Below, piece by piece: positions 50,546-60,956 of a DNA stretch of 64,000 bases. This stretch comes from Promethearchaeati archaeon (GTDB taxonomy: Archaea > Asgardarchaeota > Heimdallarchaeia > JABLTI01). The notes under the pieces were generated by a model. It had not been told where the DNA came from, did not search any database, and saw only the letters and a list, made by a program, of their open reading frames with translations. The stretch is from contig JABLTI010000001.1 of assembly GCA_013166835.1 (NCBI GenBank), positions 22,852 through 86,851 of the forward strand, in the 5' to 3' direction. The stretch's first letter is position 1. Each line of letters opens with the position of its first letter. A program made the position numbers and the translations under genes.

Positions 50546-52015
50546 TCAGTTTTTGATCAGTCGAAAGTTTCCTTTCAAAATTAACTTGAAGGAACCACGA
50601 ATAGCAGCTAATATACCTATAATTATACAAGCAAGAAACAGAATTGATGGGGTAAAATACCTATCAATAACTAAATGCCAAAAACTAAAACCAAAGAATA
50701 ATCCTATTGCTACAAAAACACTTGCAGAGGTTAGAATTGACTTCTTTGAATAATAGGAAAACGTGCCGATCAAAGCCACTAATATTATCGGCATATAATA
50801 TGCGCTGTAGAATTTGTAAACTCCTCTTGGCATTAGTATATGCGTTAAAACGGTGTAGATTGCTATCCATTCAAAGAATTCAACATTGTCAAGGTTCTTT
50901 CGACTGGAACGCAAAAACAGGAATACAGCTATTATACTTGCTGCGAGAATCATCAAAAACATAGAATTAATACCAAAAGCAATGAAATTCACAAACCATT
51001 CTGCCATATTCAGTTGTTTAAATGACCACGAAAGTTGTATTGTATTATTTATTATTGGTTCAGGTATTTCAGCTCCTAAACTCAAGAATTGCCCTGGAAA
51101 CAACATATGTGCCCCATAATGAATTGGTGTTATGAAAATCCAAGGTATAGAACAACACAAGCAAATAACTACATAATAGATTGCAATCATTATGCTTTCT
51201 AGTAATCCTTTCTTTATTCCTTCATTTTTGACTTTTTCTCCAAGCATTACCATAAAAAGCGGATACGTGAAGAACAAAGCATTCTGCTTAGTCATGGTTG
51301 CAATGGCTAACCAGAAAAAGGCATTCCTCCATTTTCTTTTCACAACAAAATAAAATGAGATAAGTGTGAACAGGGTCACCGGTCCGGGATTTAACCAATA
51401 CACCCCATTATAAATGATATTTATTGGCGATAATGTCATAACAATTCCACCAATAATTGCAATCAACCTCGAATGTTCACCTTTGATTATTTCTCTCAAT
51501 ATGAGGTAAACAACCCCTGCACATGCAGTATCTGCAAGAATCATAGGGAAAGCCATCCATAAATTAGTCATCCCCGGACGCCAGATAGCCACAAGAAAAT
51601 ATAGGAAAATGGGTGGATATGAGTAATAATACAATGGATCACCTGGAACAGTCAATTTCCAATCTGTAAAGGGGTACCAACCATCTTCAAACCATGCTGT
51701 TATCCAGTTATAATAATAAAAAGGGAAATCTCCATATCCTTCTAAATAGGTATTATTTGGGTAAAAATTAACATATCTATCCCAAATTATTTCAGATGAT
51801 AGTGCTGCATAATCCAATCTGTAATTATATGCAAGGAGTAATCGTACTAATATTCCAAGAGTTATTAGAAAAATAATAATCGTCGCACTTAGACCAAACT
51901 CAATCCAATCCCTATTTTGAAGCCAATCCTTAATATCTTGAAGACCTTTCGCTAGCTGTGTTTTTTCTAGTAGCTGGTTAATTCTTGACCGATTATTTCG
52001 AGTTTCAGCTGTCAT
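50546..52015 (-). CDS. GT-C membrane glycosyltransferase (GT87/DUF2029-like)
   Basis: D..YY, YSYPP, TMTKQ, multiple TM segments. Confidence 0.65.
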   Translation of the reverse strand: MTAETRNNRSRINQLLEKTQLAKGLQDIKDWLQNRDWIEFGLSATIIIFLITLGILVRLLLAYNYRLDYAALSSEIIWDRYVNFYPNNTYLEGYGDFPFYYYNWITAWFEDGWYPFTDWKLTVPGDPLYYYSYPPIFLYFLVAIWRPGMTNLWMAFPMILADTACAGVVYLILREIIKGEHSRLIAIIGGIVMTLSPINIIYNGVYWLNPGPVTLFTLISFYFVVKRKWRNAFFWLAIATMTKQNALFFTYPLFMVMLGEKVKNEGIKKGLLESIMIAIYYVVICLCCSIPWIFITPIHYGAHMLFPGQFLSLGAEIPEPIINNTIQLSWSFKQLNMAEWFVNFIAFGINSMFLMILAASIIAVFLFLRSSRKNLDNVEFFEWIAIYTVLTHILMPRGVYKFYSAYYMPIILVALIGTFSYYSKKSILTSASVFVAIGLFFGFSFWHLVIDRYFTPSILFLACIIIGILAAIRGSFKLILKGNFRLIKN

Positions 52016-52079
52016 CTTGAAATCCCTGCAATGAAGAATAAAGGATTTCTTCCCTCAAAAAATTTTCTTAAGAATTAAT

Positions 52080-53189
52080 TTATATTTTTGGATAAATAGA
52101 CAATCCTAAGACTCCTAGTCCCCCATTGATCCCAATTGTTGAACAACAGGATTCAATTTGTAATTCTCCTTTGTTTACTTTGAACATAATACTTAGATAC
52201 TCAAGTAATCGGTAAGCGTTTTGTTCGCTTAAAGCATGAAAGATTGTTCCCGTAAACTTTCTTCTCACAAAATCTTTCTTGATTAATCTCCCAATTTCTC
52301 CCAATCCTTCCTTGAATGTTCGAACGTTTTTACATGGTTCGATTTTCCCCAACCCATCAACATTGCACGCGATTAGTGGTTTTCCTCCCATTATTCCGGA
52401 AAATCTTCCAAGGAAATTACTCCTTCTGATTTTTTCTGTATCATGAACTATGAAATACGTTCTATGATAGTGTCTTAACCATTCAGAATACATCATGATT
52501 TCTTGTAATTCTCTTCCTTTTCTATCCATTTCAACAGACTGTTTTGCTATAGTTTTTAGAATAGAACCAGCTGCTAAAGAATCAACAATATTTATCCTAT
52601 TTGCTAATTGAGGATCATTTTTACTTATTATTTTTTTAGCTTTCAGAGCATTTCTGTAGTTTTTACTAATTTGTGAGCTAATGGTGTTTACGATTATTGG
52701 TAATTCATTATCTATACTTGTGAATGTTTCCATGAATTTTTCAGTCTGTATTGGCAGTGAATCAAGTTTTCTATTCTGAATTAATAATCCTAATATTTCA
52801 GGCAAAGAGATTTCAAATGGATAACTTTTCTTGGCTTTTCCGTTTATTTGGACATCATAAGGAATTATCCTTATACCAGAACTTTCAGCTTCTTCAGCTG
52901 TAATATCAGAAGCTGCGTCAACAAAGTGATTGTAATTTAAGCCACTTTTTCCGAGGGGTGCAGATTGTTTTACTAAGAAGGGGTATGTACCTCTGATATT
53001 TTTCTGCTTGTCAATATATACAAATAAAATATGTGGAGGATTACCATGGGAATCCAAAGTAAAAGTAGCTAAATCTCCCTGCATATGGTTTTGTAATTCA
53101 TTATCATCTAAATCAAATATTGATGTTTCATCACAAAGAGGACATATTGCGGTGTATCTCTTGATACTTTTCTCGGACAACTCCACCAC
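52080..53189 (-). CDS. Degenerate DegV domain fused to an N-terminal CxxC/His domain
   Basis: CPLC...HGNPPH..VYID...IRG, then VDAASDI, ISSQIS, IVDS, KPLI. Confidence 0.75.
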   Translation of the reverse strand: MVELSEKSIKRYTAICPLCDETSIFDLDDNELQNHMQGDLATFTLDSHGNPPHILFVYIDKQKNIRGTYPFLVKQSAPLGKSGLNYNHFVDAASDITAEEAESSGIRIIPYDVQINGKAKKSYPFEISLPEILGLLIQNRKLDSLPIQTEKFMETFTSIDNELPIIVNTISSQISKNYRNALKAKKIISKNDPQLANRINIVDSLAAGSILKTIAKQSVEMDRKGRELQEIMMYSEWLRHYHRTYFIVHDTEKIRRSNFLGRFSGIMGGKPLIACNVDGLGKIEPCKNVRTFKEGLGEIGRLIKKDFVRRKFTGTIFHALSEQNAYRLLEYLSIMFKVNKGELQIESCCSTIGINGGLGVLGLSIYPKI

Positions 53190-53298
53190 CTATTTGACTT
53201 CAGTGATTAAACTCAAATCACTGGTAAAATTGTACGTTGTCTAAGGCAATTATTTATCTTTTGTTTGAGGAAAATTCAAGCTAAAATTCAAATTTTTT

Positions 53299-55473
53299 TT
53301 AGGAAACCTCTAATTCTTGGTCAAACATTGGTTCTCCCACTTGTTCCTTAATACTTCTAACGATTTCAGGACCAATTGTTGGTATTCTGGCTAATTCCCG
53401 TGGTTCTGCTCTCCTAAGAGAAGCAATCGATTTGAATCCGGTATTGAAAAGCATCCTAGCACGAACTCTTCCTATTCCTTTCAATTTTACAAGTGGAACA
53501 AGTTCTTTCTTGATTCCATGTGATACTCGCAGGTGAAGTTCTCTCAAGCTCTTTTGTATCTTTGTGAGATTGAATAATTTTCCAATTTCAGAGGCTGAAT
53601 AAAGCAACCATTTTGCGTTATCAGTAATGTAAAGAATATCTCCACTACCCACGTTAAACCTCATTATTATAGCATCTTCAGGTTTTTCTTGAATCCATTG
53701 TTGTAATAGCAGAGCGGATTTAAGTGTCATCAAGAAATACTCATATTCTGGGTCCCATTCTTCAGGTGTCTCTATTAGGAAACCCTCGGTATAATCTGTT
53801 AAGAAACGCTGCAACTCTGTTTGATCTTTTTGCCGTAAATACAAATTTCGTAAATCAGGAGTAGCTGCAATAAGATGGAAATAAGCAACTTCAGAAATAA
53901 GTGATTCCGATTGATTGGCTTCTTTCAAACCATTTCTCAGAACAACTGCTGATAAGGGATCAATATACAGCTGACTCACTCGTCTCCCAAATTGGGTTGC
54001 GGATAACTCCGACCCCTCAGTTTGAAGCATACCTTCGTCTACAAGGAATTTCAATACTTTTTTCACTTGAAATTCAGTGGTACTAATGTCATTTTGATGC
54101 CCGAAAAATGTCTCTTTAATGAAAATGGCAAGATCTTTCAAATCGGTGACATAGCCTATTGCAATAGCAGCTAAAATATGGGTTCGCAAAGCGCTCTCGT
54201 TTGCAAGTTTAGACCAGATCATCTCTGGTTCACCTAAACAATATGTTTCCATAAAACGCCTAGTATCTTGAGCCTTTTTCGCTATTATAATTGATTCTCC
54301 TTCTGTATCATATTTTGGTCTACCAGCTCTACCAGCTTGTTGCTTGTACTCTAATACTCTTATTGGTTGATTCCCAACTCCAACTTCATATCTTGAGAGG
54401 GACATAATAACTACTCTTCGCGCTGGGAGATTTACTCCAGCAGCAAGAGTAGGTGTAGCACAAACACATTTGATGAGATTTTCTTTAAAACCGCTCTCAA
54501 TCATTTTTCTATGGTCCGGCTTCAATCCTGCATGATGAAATGAAGCTCCTTTTCTTACAATCTTAACTAAGCGTTCTACTAAGCTTGTTTTTTCTCCCAC
54601 ATTAAGCATTCTGTCCGCTAGTTTCTGTAATTGATTTCTTTCTTCCGTGGTAAGTAGTCTGCTGATCGCTTGACTAATTCTCTCAGCTGTTGATTGTGAA
54701 CTTCTTCGAGTATTTGCAAAAACGAGTAATTGTCCCTTATTCTTTATCGTGTCAAAGGCAATATCGATTTCTGGATGTTTAGTACTAACGCTAGGTATAG
54801 GGATGGTACTTCCATCAGAGAACCCAACAATACCATTCCAATAGACCCCCTCGGATAATTTCACAGGGCGCCAACTTGATTGCACTAATTCAGCATCAAG
54901 CCATTCTGCAATTTCATCAGCATTGAATATTGTAGCAGACAAAGCAAGAATCTGTGTATACGGGAGCATTTTCTTTAAACGAGCAAGAACAACTTCAAGA
55001 GTAGGACCTCTATGAGAATCATCAATTAAGTGAACCTCATCTGCAACGATTATTTGAACTTCTTTTACCCATTTAACATCATGTCTCAGTAATGAATCCA
55101 CTTTTTCATTAGTGCAGATGATAATGTCATATTTTGCTAAGCGATAATCAGAAGAATCGAAATCACCCGTAGACTGGATAACTTTAATGCCTAATTCCTC
55201 GAATTCTTGGAAATCATCGAATTTTTCTGCAGCCAGAGCTTTCAAGGGAACCAAGTAGAGAGCTTTCCCTCCTCTCGAGAGAATAGCTTTCAGCATAGCT
55301 AATTCAGCAACAAGAGTTTTTCCAGAAGCTGTAGGAACAGCTAAGACAAGATTTTCGCCATCAAGTAATCCTTTCTTGATAGCTTTAACCTGAGGGGGAT
55401 ATAAAGAAGCAATCCCTCTGTTAATGATGAGTTTCTTAGCCTCTTCAGGCAAATCAAGATCCTTAATCTTCAT
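53299..55473 (-). CDS. hel308: Hel308/Hjm Ski2-like DNA helicase
   Basis: PTASGKT, DEVH, LSAT, TPTLAAGVNLPA, GRAGRP, C-terminal HhH. Confidence 0.95.
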   Translation of the reverse strand: MKIKDLDLPEEAKKLIINRGIASLYPPQVKAIKKGLLDGENLVLAVPTASGKTLVAELAMLKAILSRGGKALYLVPLKALAAEKFDDFQEFEELGIKVIQSTGDFDSSDYRLAKYDIIICTNEKVDSLLRHDVKWVKEVQIIVADEVHLIDDSHRGPTLEVVLARLKKMLPYTQILALSATIFNADEIAEWLDAELVQSSWRPVKLSEGVYWNGIVGFSDGSTIPIPSVSTKHPEIDIAFDTIKNKGQLLVFANTRRSSQSTAERISQAISRLLTTEERNQLQKLADRMLNVGEKTSLVERLVKIVRKGASFHHAGLKPDHRKMIESGFKENLIKCVCATPTLAAGVNLPARRVVIMSLSRYEVGVGNQPIRVLEYKQQAGRAGRPKYDTEGESIIIAKKAQDTRRFMETYCLGEPEMIWSKLANESALRTHILAAIAIGYVTDLKDLAIFIKETFFGHQNDISTTEFQVKKVLKFLVDEGMLQTEGSELSATQFGRRVSQLYIDPLSAVVLRNGLKEANQSESLISEVAYFHLIAATPDLRNLYLRQKDQTELQRFLTDYTEGFLIETPEEWDPEYEYFLMTLKSALLLQQWIQEKPEDAIIMRFNVGSGDILYITDNAKWLLYSASEIGKLFNLTKIQKSLRELHLRVSHGIKKELVPLVKLKGIGRVRARMLFNTGFKSIASLRRAEPRELARIPTIGPEIVRSIKEQVGEPMFDQELEVS

Positions 55474-55560
55474 TATCGCATCTCAAATGACTTTTGTGAG
55501 TAAATAAGGTAAAGGGGACACTGAATTATAGTGAAGGGATAAATAAAGACTCAACGGAAA

Positions 55561-57630
55561 CTAGGTGCGCTTAACGAAACCAGCTTTTGGTTGGAAGAGC
55601 ATGCCATCTTGACGCATTCGTTCAATGTTTCGCTCTATGAAATCTTTAGTCATACCAAAATCATGAGCTTTTTCAATGATCCTATCAATGGGGACCGCTT
55701 GTCCCTTGTTTTCTAATTCCATCTCAGCGATAAGGTCCATAAGGGTTTCAATCTTACTCCGAGTGGAAGAAGAAGCGCCAACCATAACAACATCAATATC
55801 TAATTTGCCGGTTTCAGGGTCGATACCAACTTGCCGTAAAGATACAGACAAAAGCCTAATAGCTGCTTCAGCATCTTCAATAGAAGCTTCACTACGAAGA
55901 GCCATTCGAGCATGGGATTCAGTAAGACGAATTAATGATTCCAATTGACGAGGAGTAATAGCAATAGGAGAGTCACTAGCTTCCCCTGCTTTTCGCATTT
56001 CAAGATAGAATCCTTCTAAGCGAGTAGCAGCTTCCTCAGAGAGCCGTGGATGAGAATTCAGCTTGGCATAGCTGATATATTTCTTAAGAATCTCCTTATC
56101 AATAGGAGTTTCTTTTTCAGTTACACCTGAAGAATGTAAACGCAAAATGTGTTGGGCTTTAACTTTATCAATATCCGCTTCCGGTTCATCACGAACAATC
56201 CAAATTAAATCAAATCGAGAGAGAATAGTAACTGGGAGATTAATGTTTTCTGCAGCACTACGAGAAGCAATATAACGACCGAATTTAGGATTGGCAGCAG
56301 CAATAATAGAACAACGAGCATTCAAAGTAGCAACGATACCAGCCTTGGCAACAGACACAGTTCTTTGCTCCATGGCTTCATGAATACTACTTCGATCTTC
56401 AGTACGCATTTTGTCGAGCTCATCAATACAACAAACTCCTCTATCAGAAAGAACTAATGCTCCTGCTTCTAATGTGAATTCCCCGGTATCCTGATCTCTT
56501 AGAACTGCTACAGTTAATCCTGCTGCAGAAGTTCCCCTGCCTGAAGTGTAGAGAGCTCTTGGAGCTATTGTTGCCACATACCGAAGAATTTGACTTTTTG
56601 CAGTTCCTGGATCGCCAATGAGGAGCATATTGCTTTCCCCCCTAATTTTAAGACCATCAGGTAATTCTTTTGGTATCCCTCCAAATAGGAGGAGGGCGAT
56701 TGATTCTTTGATATCTCTGTTACCATAAATTGATGGAGCCAGTGAATCCACTATTTTTGTGTGAATCCAAGGGTCCTTAGCCAATTCTAGAATTGCTTGT
56801 TCATCTTCCTCACTAATCTCTAATGCTTCTCGATCTTGCTCTTCAGGAATAACAAAGTTAGCGTTCATATTTATATGGAAAGTAGCTAGTTTTCCTGGAG
56901 TTTTCTTTGAAAAATCAGGTATAGATTGTAAAACTCCTATAACAGAAATTCTATCTCCAGGTCTCACTCTGTCCACCATGTCGTGTTTAAGTAACACTGA
57001 AACTGATCGAGGCATTTGTCCTGGGGGGAGGTTCTCAGGACGTTCTTGAATTGTTACTTTTTGCCAATCAACAAATTTTGATTCTTCTGTGAGTAATTTA
57101 AAGGGACCAGCTCGACCACACCCTGGATTTTGACAATGGTGTGGAGGGTTGTATCGTCCTTCTTCTTGTGGTAAAATCATAATTTCTTGGCAATTCTGGC
57201 ATTGGAAGAATCCTTCAATTAATAATGGTTTCACAACTGTTGCTCGAGTTGTTATTCCATATAACATTACTAGTTTGCCCACATCATCTGCTCGAATACC
57301 TCGAAGTGGTATTATATCTGTTTCAGACATATTAAAGAAACGAATGAAGAACTCTCGAGTTGTGAACGCATAATCAGAATCCTCGATTTCGACGACTTCT
57401 GTTACAGCTCGATTTCCTGCTTCCAAGAATTCCCTGGGTTCATCTATGGTTCTTCGAGCTAATTCAGGATTGAATTTAATAACATCTGTAAAATCAACTT
57501 TAAGGGAAATTTCATCTTCAACAGTCATTTGTTGAATTTGCTCACGGTAAATATAATTACCATCTTCATCTCGAAACTCACGGATAAATTCATTAAATGC
57601 TGCTACTGGATCAGTAGTATCTGAGACCAA
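55561..57630 (-). CDS. mcm: MCM replicative helicase
   Basis: Zinc finger, GDPGTAKS, IDELDKM, SRFD, C-terminal WH domain. Confidence 0.98.
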   Translation of the reverse strand: MVSDTTDPVAAFNEFIREFRDEDGNYIYREQIQQMTVEDEISLKVDFTDVIKFNPELARRTIDEPREFLEAGNRAVTEVVEIEDSDYAFTTREFFIRFFNMSETDIIPLRGIRADDVGKLVMLYGITTRATVVKPLLIEGFFQCQNCQEIMILPQEEGRYNPPHHCQNPGCGRAGPFKLLTEESKFVDWQKVTIQERPENLPPGQMPRSVSVLLKHDMVDRVRPGDRISVIGVLQSIPDFSKKTPGKLATFHINMNANFVIPEEQDREALEISEEDEQAILELAKDPWIHTKIVDSLAPSIYGNRDIKESIALLLFGGIPKELPDGLKIRGESNMLLIGDPGTAKSQILRYVATIAPRALYTSGRGTSAAGLTVAVLRDQDTGEFTLEAGALVLSDRGVCCIDELDKMRTEDRSSIHEAMEQRTVSVAKAGIVATLNARCSIIAAANPKFGRYIASRSAAENINLPVTILSRFDLIWIVRDEPEADIDKVKAQHILRLHSSGVTEKETPIDKEILKKYISYAKLNSHPRLSEEAATRLEGFYLEMRKAGEASDSPIAITPRQLESLIRLTESHARMALRSEASIEDAEAAIRLLSVSLRQVGIDPETGKLDIDVVMVGASSSTRSKIETLMDLIAEMELENKGQAVPIDRIIEKAHDFGMTKDFIERNIERMRQDGMLFQPKAGFVKRT

Positions 57631-57737
57631 TTCAATTCTACCCCATTAATACTATTCATTTTATTTTTTAATTCTTTTTCACACTTATTTTTTGCTTATA
57701 GAACCATCATTTAGCTACAACAATACAACAAAGGAGG

Positions 57738-58301
57738 TTAGAAGCAAGGATTATTCTTGCTGCAGTCAAGTAGGGAGGATTCCCACTGCTGAAGTTGATC
57801 TTTTAGGGTTTTGAACAACCAGAGCTCTTCTGGAGTTAAGTGTTTAATAAATGGTGAAGGATCTCCGACTTTCTGAGATAATTTTATAATCTTGAATCGA
57901 CGTTTTGAGATGATATCTTTTAGTAAAGCTTCCATTCGTTCTCTTTCACGGAGTGCGTATGAATCAGTTTTCTTAGCTACTTCTTCAATCTGTAAGGAAA
58001 CTACTGGATAGAAATCAGGATCAAGTTCTATTGGTGTTTGGCTCTTAGATTCATCCCAGAGAATGGTTTGCATATATGGAATATCGAAAGATTTCATATT
58101 CTTTATTTCAACTGCTTTTTGTTCAGCTAAAATACGAGCAACCCAAAGAGGAACCTCAAATTCGGAACCCTTGATTAATTTGATTTTTCTATCACCAATC
58201 TGAACCTCGGGATTATCGATTAAGCATTTGATTTGTACGGGTTTCTCCTCAAAATCAAAGACAATTCGTTGTAATTCAAGATCTGGGTCGAATTCACTCA
58301 C
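57738..58301 (-). CDS. gins23: GINS subunit (Gins23/Psf2-like)
   Basis: EVPLWVA..L B-domain first, then LDPDFY and LTPEE; directly upstream of mcm. Confidence 0.85.
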   Translation of the reverse strand: MSEFDPDLELQRIVFDFEEKPVQIKCLIDNPEVQIGDRKIKLIKGSEFEVPLWVARILAEQKAVEIKNMKSFDIPYMQTILWDESKSQTPIELDPDFYPVVSLQIEEVAKKTDSYALRERERMEALLKDIISKRRFKIIKLSQKVGDPSPFIKHLTPEELWLFKTLKDQLQQWESSLLDCSKNNPCF

Positions 58302-58603
58302 TCATTATTCACCTACTTATTCTTTCCGGATTACGTACTGATTCCTTGGTTCGATGCTCTTTCCGCCCTAATTTAATCTTTGCTTTAGCATCAAAATCAG
58401 CTGGTGCCCAAAAAGTTCAATCTTACTTCTACTTAATATTCTTTTTCCATATCGAATTTGTTGCATGTTACAGTTCCATATTCAAGTTCTAAATGGTTGG
58501 TATGATATATATAATATAAACACCAAGCTAGGGGAGTTTGACGAAAGTATTCGTAGTTTGAGGAGGAAGAGGAAAAAAAAGAAAGAGGTGGAGAAAAACT
58601 GAG

Positions 58604-59839
58604 TCAGTTCTTCTCGAGTAAATGGTCTGCAGTGAAATCTGAAACTTTCTTGATGTGAAAGTCTTCTACGAGAATGTTACGAACTTCGCGCGGGGAAACG
58701 GATAAGGAAACCTTGGTGGTTCGACCGTATCGTCCCATGCTTACGACTTTCGTATTCACAATACCAAGCATCGAAAGCTCATTGAGGAGAGAATTAGCTC
58801 TTCTCGGAGTAATTGGTTCAAGAGCAGTGCTTTTGCAAAGCTCTTGGTAGACTTTGTACAAGTCTCCTGTAGTAATAACTTTCAGTTCGCTTTTCTCTAA
58901 AACATAAACTGACCACAAAACGATTTTGGTTTGAACAGGAAGAGATACCAAAGCTTCCTGAACGGTATTTCGTTCGATTTGTTTCGTTGCTTTTCGCACA
59001 TGAACTTCAGATACCCTCTCTTCACTACTTCTCTCGGCTAGTTCAGCAGCAACTCGCAATAAATCTAATGCTCTGCGTGCATCGCCCCACTCTTGGGCTG
59101 CTAATGCAGCGCATAGACTCACTACGCCATCCCCTAAAACTCCGTCATTAAAACCTTCTACAGCTCGTTCGCCTAGAATATCCTCTAGCTGTGCTGCATT
59201 GTATGGTCTAAAGACTAATTCTTCTTCAGAAAGACTTGATCTTACACGTGGATCAAGGGTTTCTTTGAAGGATAAATCGTTTGTAATACATACAAGCGAT
59301 ACCTGAGCTTTCTTGAGATCAGTGTTAATTCTTGTTAGCTGATAGAGAACGTTATCACCGCTCTTATGATGTAGTTTATCCAATTCGTCAAAAATTACTA
59401 TTAAAAGCTGTTTCTTTGAATCAAGCTTTGCTTTGAACCGTTTGAAAACTTCATCAGTTGGTAATCCTGTAAATGGTACAGATTCTCCAACAACCTCACA
59501 TAATCTTGCTAGCACCCGATAATCAGTGTCCACTTCTACGCAGTTTAAAATTGATAATATTACATTTTTTCCAATTTCTGCTGCCCTTTGACGTAAATAT
59601 TTAGTTACGTATTTTGAAACAATTGTTTTCCCTGTTCCTGTTTTCCCATACAAGAACATATTACTTGGACGATTGTTTCTCAAAGCGCTCCCTAAAGCCT
59701 TTCCTAAAAATTGGATTTCATAATCTCTGTGTGGTAATTTGTCTGGTATGTGACTTGGTCTTAGTACTTCGTGATTCTTAAAGATACTTGGACTCGTTAT
59801 GAACCTATCAAATATGGCATCCAAAGGGTGATCTGTCAT
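58604..59839 (-). CDS. cdc6: Orc1/Cdc6 replication initiator
   Basis: LPHR, GKTGTGKT, DELD, LDPRVRS, GDARRA, SMGRYGRT. Confidence 0.97.
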   Translation of the reverse strand: MTDHPLDAIFDRFITSPSIFKNHEVLRPSHIPDKLPHRDYEIQFLGKALGSALRNNRPSNMFLYGKTGTGKTIVSKYVTKYLRQRAAEIGKNVILSILNCVEVDTDYRVLARLCEVVGESVPFTGLPTDEVFKRFKAKLDSKKQLLIVIFDELDKLHHKSGDNVLYQLTRINTDLKKAQVSLVCITNDLSFKETLDPRVRSSLSEEELVFRPYNAAQLEDILGERAVEGFNDGVLGDGVVSLCAALAAQEWGDARRALDLLRVAAELAERSSEERVSEVHVRKATKQIERNTVQEALVSLPVQTKIVLWSVYVLEKSELKVITTGDLYKVYQELCKSTALEPITPRRANSLLNELSMLGIVNTKVVSMGRYGRTTKVSLSVSPREVRNILVEDFHIKKVSDFTADHLLEKN

Positions 59840-59920
59840 TTGTTTTCTTGTTATCTCCTATTGATTTGTTATAACTCATTCGTGTGTTTACTAAGGTGTT
59901 TAATTATATAATTCGTTAAA

Positions 59921-60018
59921 TAGTGGAAAGACCACTACTTCTAGTGGAACTTTTGTAAGCTTTTTAAGAAACTTATCATATATAAAATTTCCTAACCTCT
60001 TTTTCTAGTGGAACTTTT
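59921..60018. promoter_or_regulatory. ORB-like repeats; candidate replication origin or cdc6 autoregulatory site
   Basis: TTCTAGTGGAACTTTT at 59939 and 60003, partial TAGTGGAA at 59921, AT-rich spacer; resembles the ORB core TTCCAGTGGAA. Confidence 0.7.
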
Positions 60019-60055
60019 TTTAAAGATAAAAAGAGGAATTGATTAATCAGAAAAA

Positions 60056-60424
60056 TTATTGTTTTTCTTGACAAATATTACAGTAAATCTCGAGTAAAGA
60101 AACCCAGGTAGTGATGTAATATTTCGAAAGAGTTGTTTGGGTGTGATCCCGAATAAGTATCTCATTTTTCTTTTTCTTGATGTCTTGATAGGATATTTTC
60201 GCTTGATCATTATCAAGACCATTCAATAGCTGGAAAATTAAGGAACTTGGTTCTTCTCGTTCAAGAGCTCGTTTCCAGCCTTCCCAAACTAGCTGTTGAT
60301 AATTGTTTTGAAACTCGCCATTTAATCGTGAACGAATTGTTGATAAAGCTCCCTTCTTATTGCCTTCTGAGAGATTTTCTGCTAATATTCTAATGCTTGA
60401 ATCACCTGATATTTTTGCTGTCAC
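60056..60424 (-). CDS. Hypothetical helical protein upstream of cdc6
   Basis: 122-aa ORF with AGGAG upstream of the GTG. Confidence 0.7.
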   Translation of the reverse strand: MTAKISGDSSIRILAENLSEGNKKGALSTIRSRLNGEFQNNYQQLVWEGWKRALEREEPSSLIFQLLNGLDNDQAKISYQDIKKKKNEILIRDHTQTTLSKYYITTWVSLLEIYCNICQEKQ

Positions 60425-60610
60425 AGTGCTGTTCTCCTGGGAAATATGAAATATCTTCTTTATCTCCAGAGTTTAATTATCAGAACCTAATAAAAAGTCA
60501 TTCGCTCATCCTTAATATCATATGCAGAACATCTTGGTATTAGGCAGTATTTTAGTATAAAACCTCTATATCTTTCTTGAAGCCCATGGTGGTTTATTTG
60601 GTCGACTACA

Positions 60611-60850
60611 ATGACTGTTTCAGAATGTGAAGAACTACTAAATCGAAAGAAAGAGCAAAAAAAGATTGAGAACGGGATCCTAAAAGCGATAGCTGACTTA
60701 ACCGATGAATATGATTGGCCCGAAGGCGCGGATGCCTCCGAGATGCAATTAATTATTACTCAACTTGCTCGCAGTGCTGCTCATTTGCGTGAAAGTAATG
60801 CTGCAGATGATAAGAAGTATGTTCCTGTTAAAAAATCTACAACTAAATAA
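60611..60850 (+). CDS. Small hypothetical protein
   Basis: 79-aa ORF with ATG start and upstream TATA-like elements. Confidence 0.6.
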   Translation: MTVSECEELLNRKKEQKKIENGILKAIADLTDEYDWPEGADASEMQLIITQLARSAAHLRESNAADDKKYVPVKKSTTK

Positions 60851-60956
60851 AAGTCGGAGAATTATATTAGAACCCTTACCTCCTGGGCTTCTCACTTTCT
60901 TTTCCCATTATATGGTAGAACAAAGTTTTTTATAAGAAACGCTTTCTACGTTACAC

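Noticed and set aside
58302-58603. tRNA (GGTTCGA at about 58348), a 32-aa sORF (58466..58368) or a second origin between cdc6 and gins
   Set aside because: No cloverleaf, no RBS for the sORF and only degenerate ORB-like matches; the AT-rich tract fits a gins-mcm promoter
53299-59839. Inteins in Hel308, MCM or Cdc6
   Set aside because: Lengths are normal and the conserved motifs are uninterrupted
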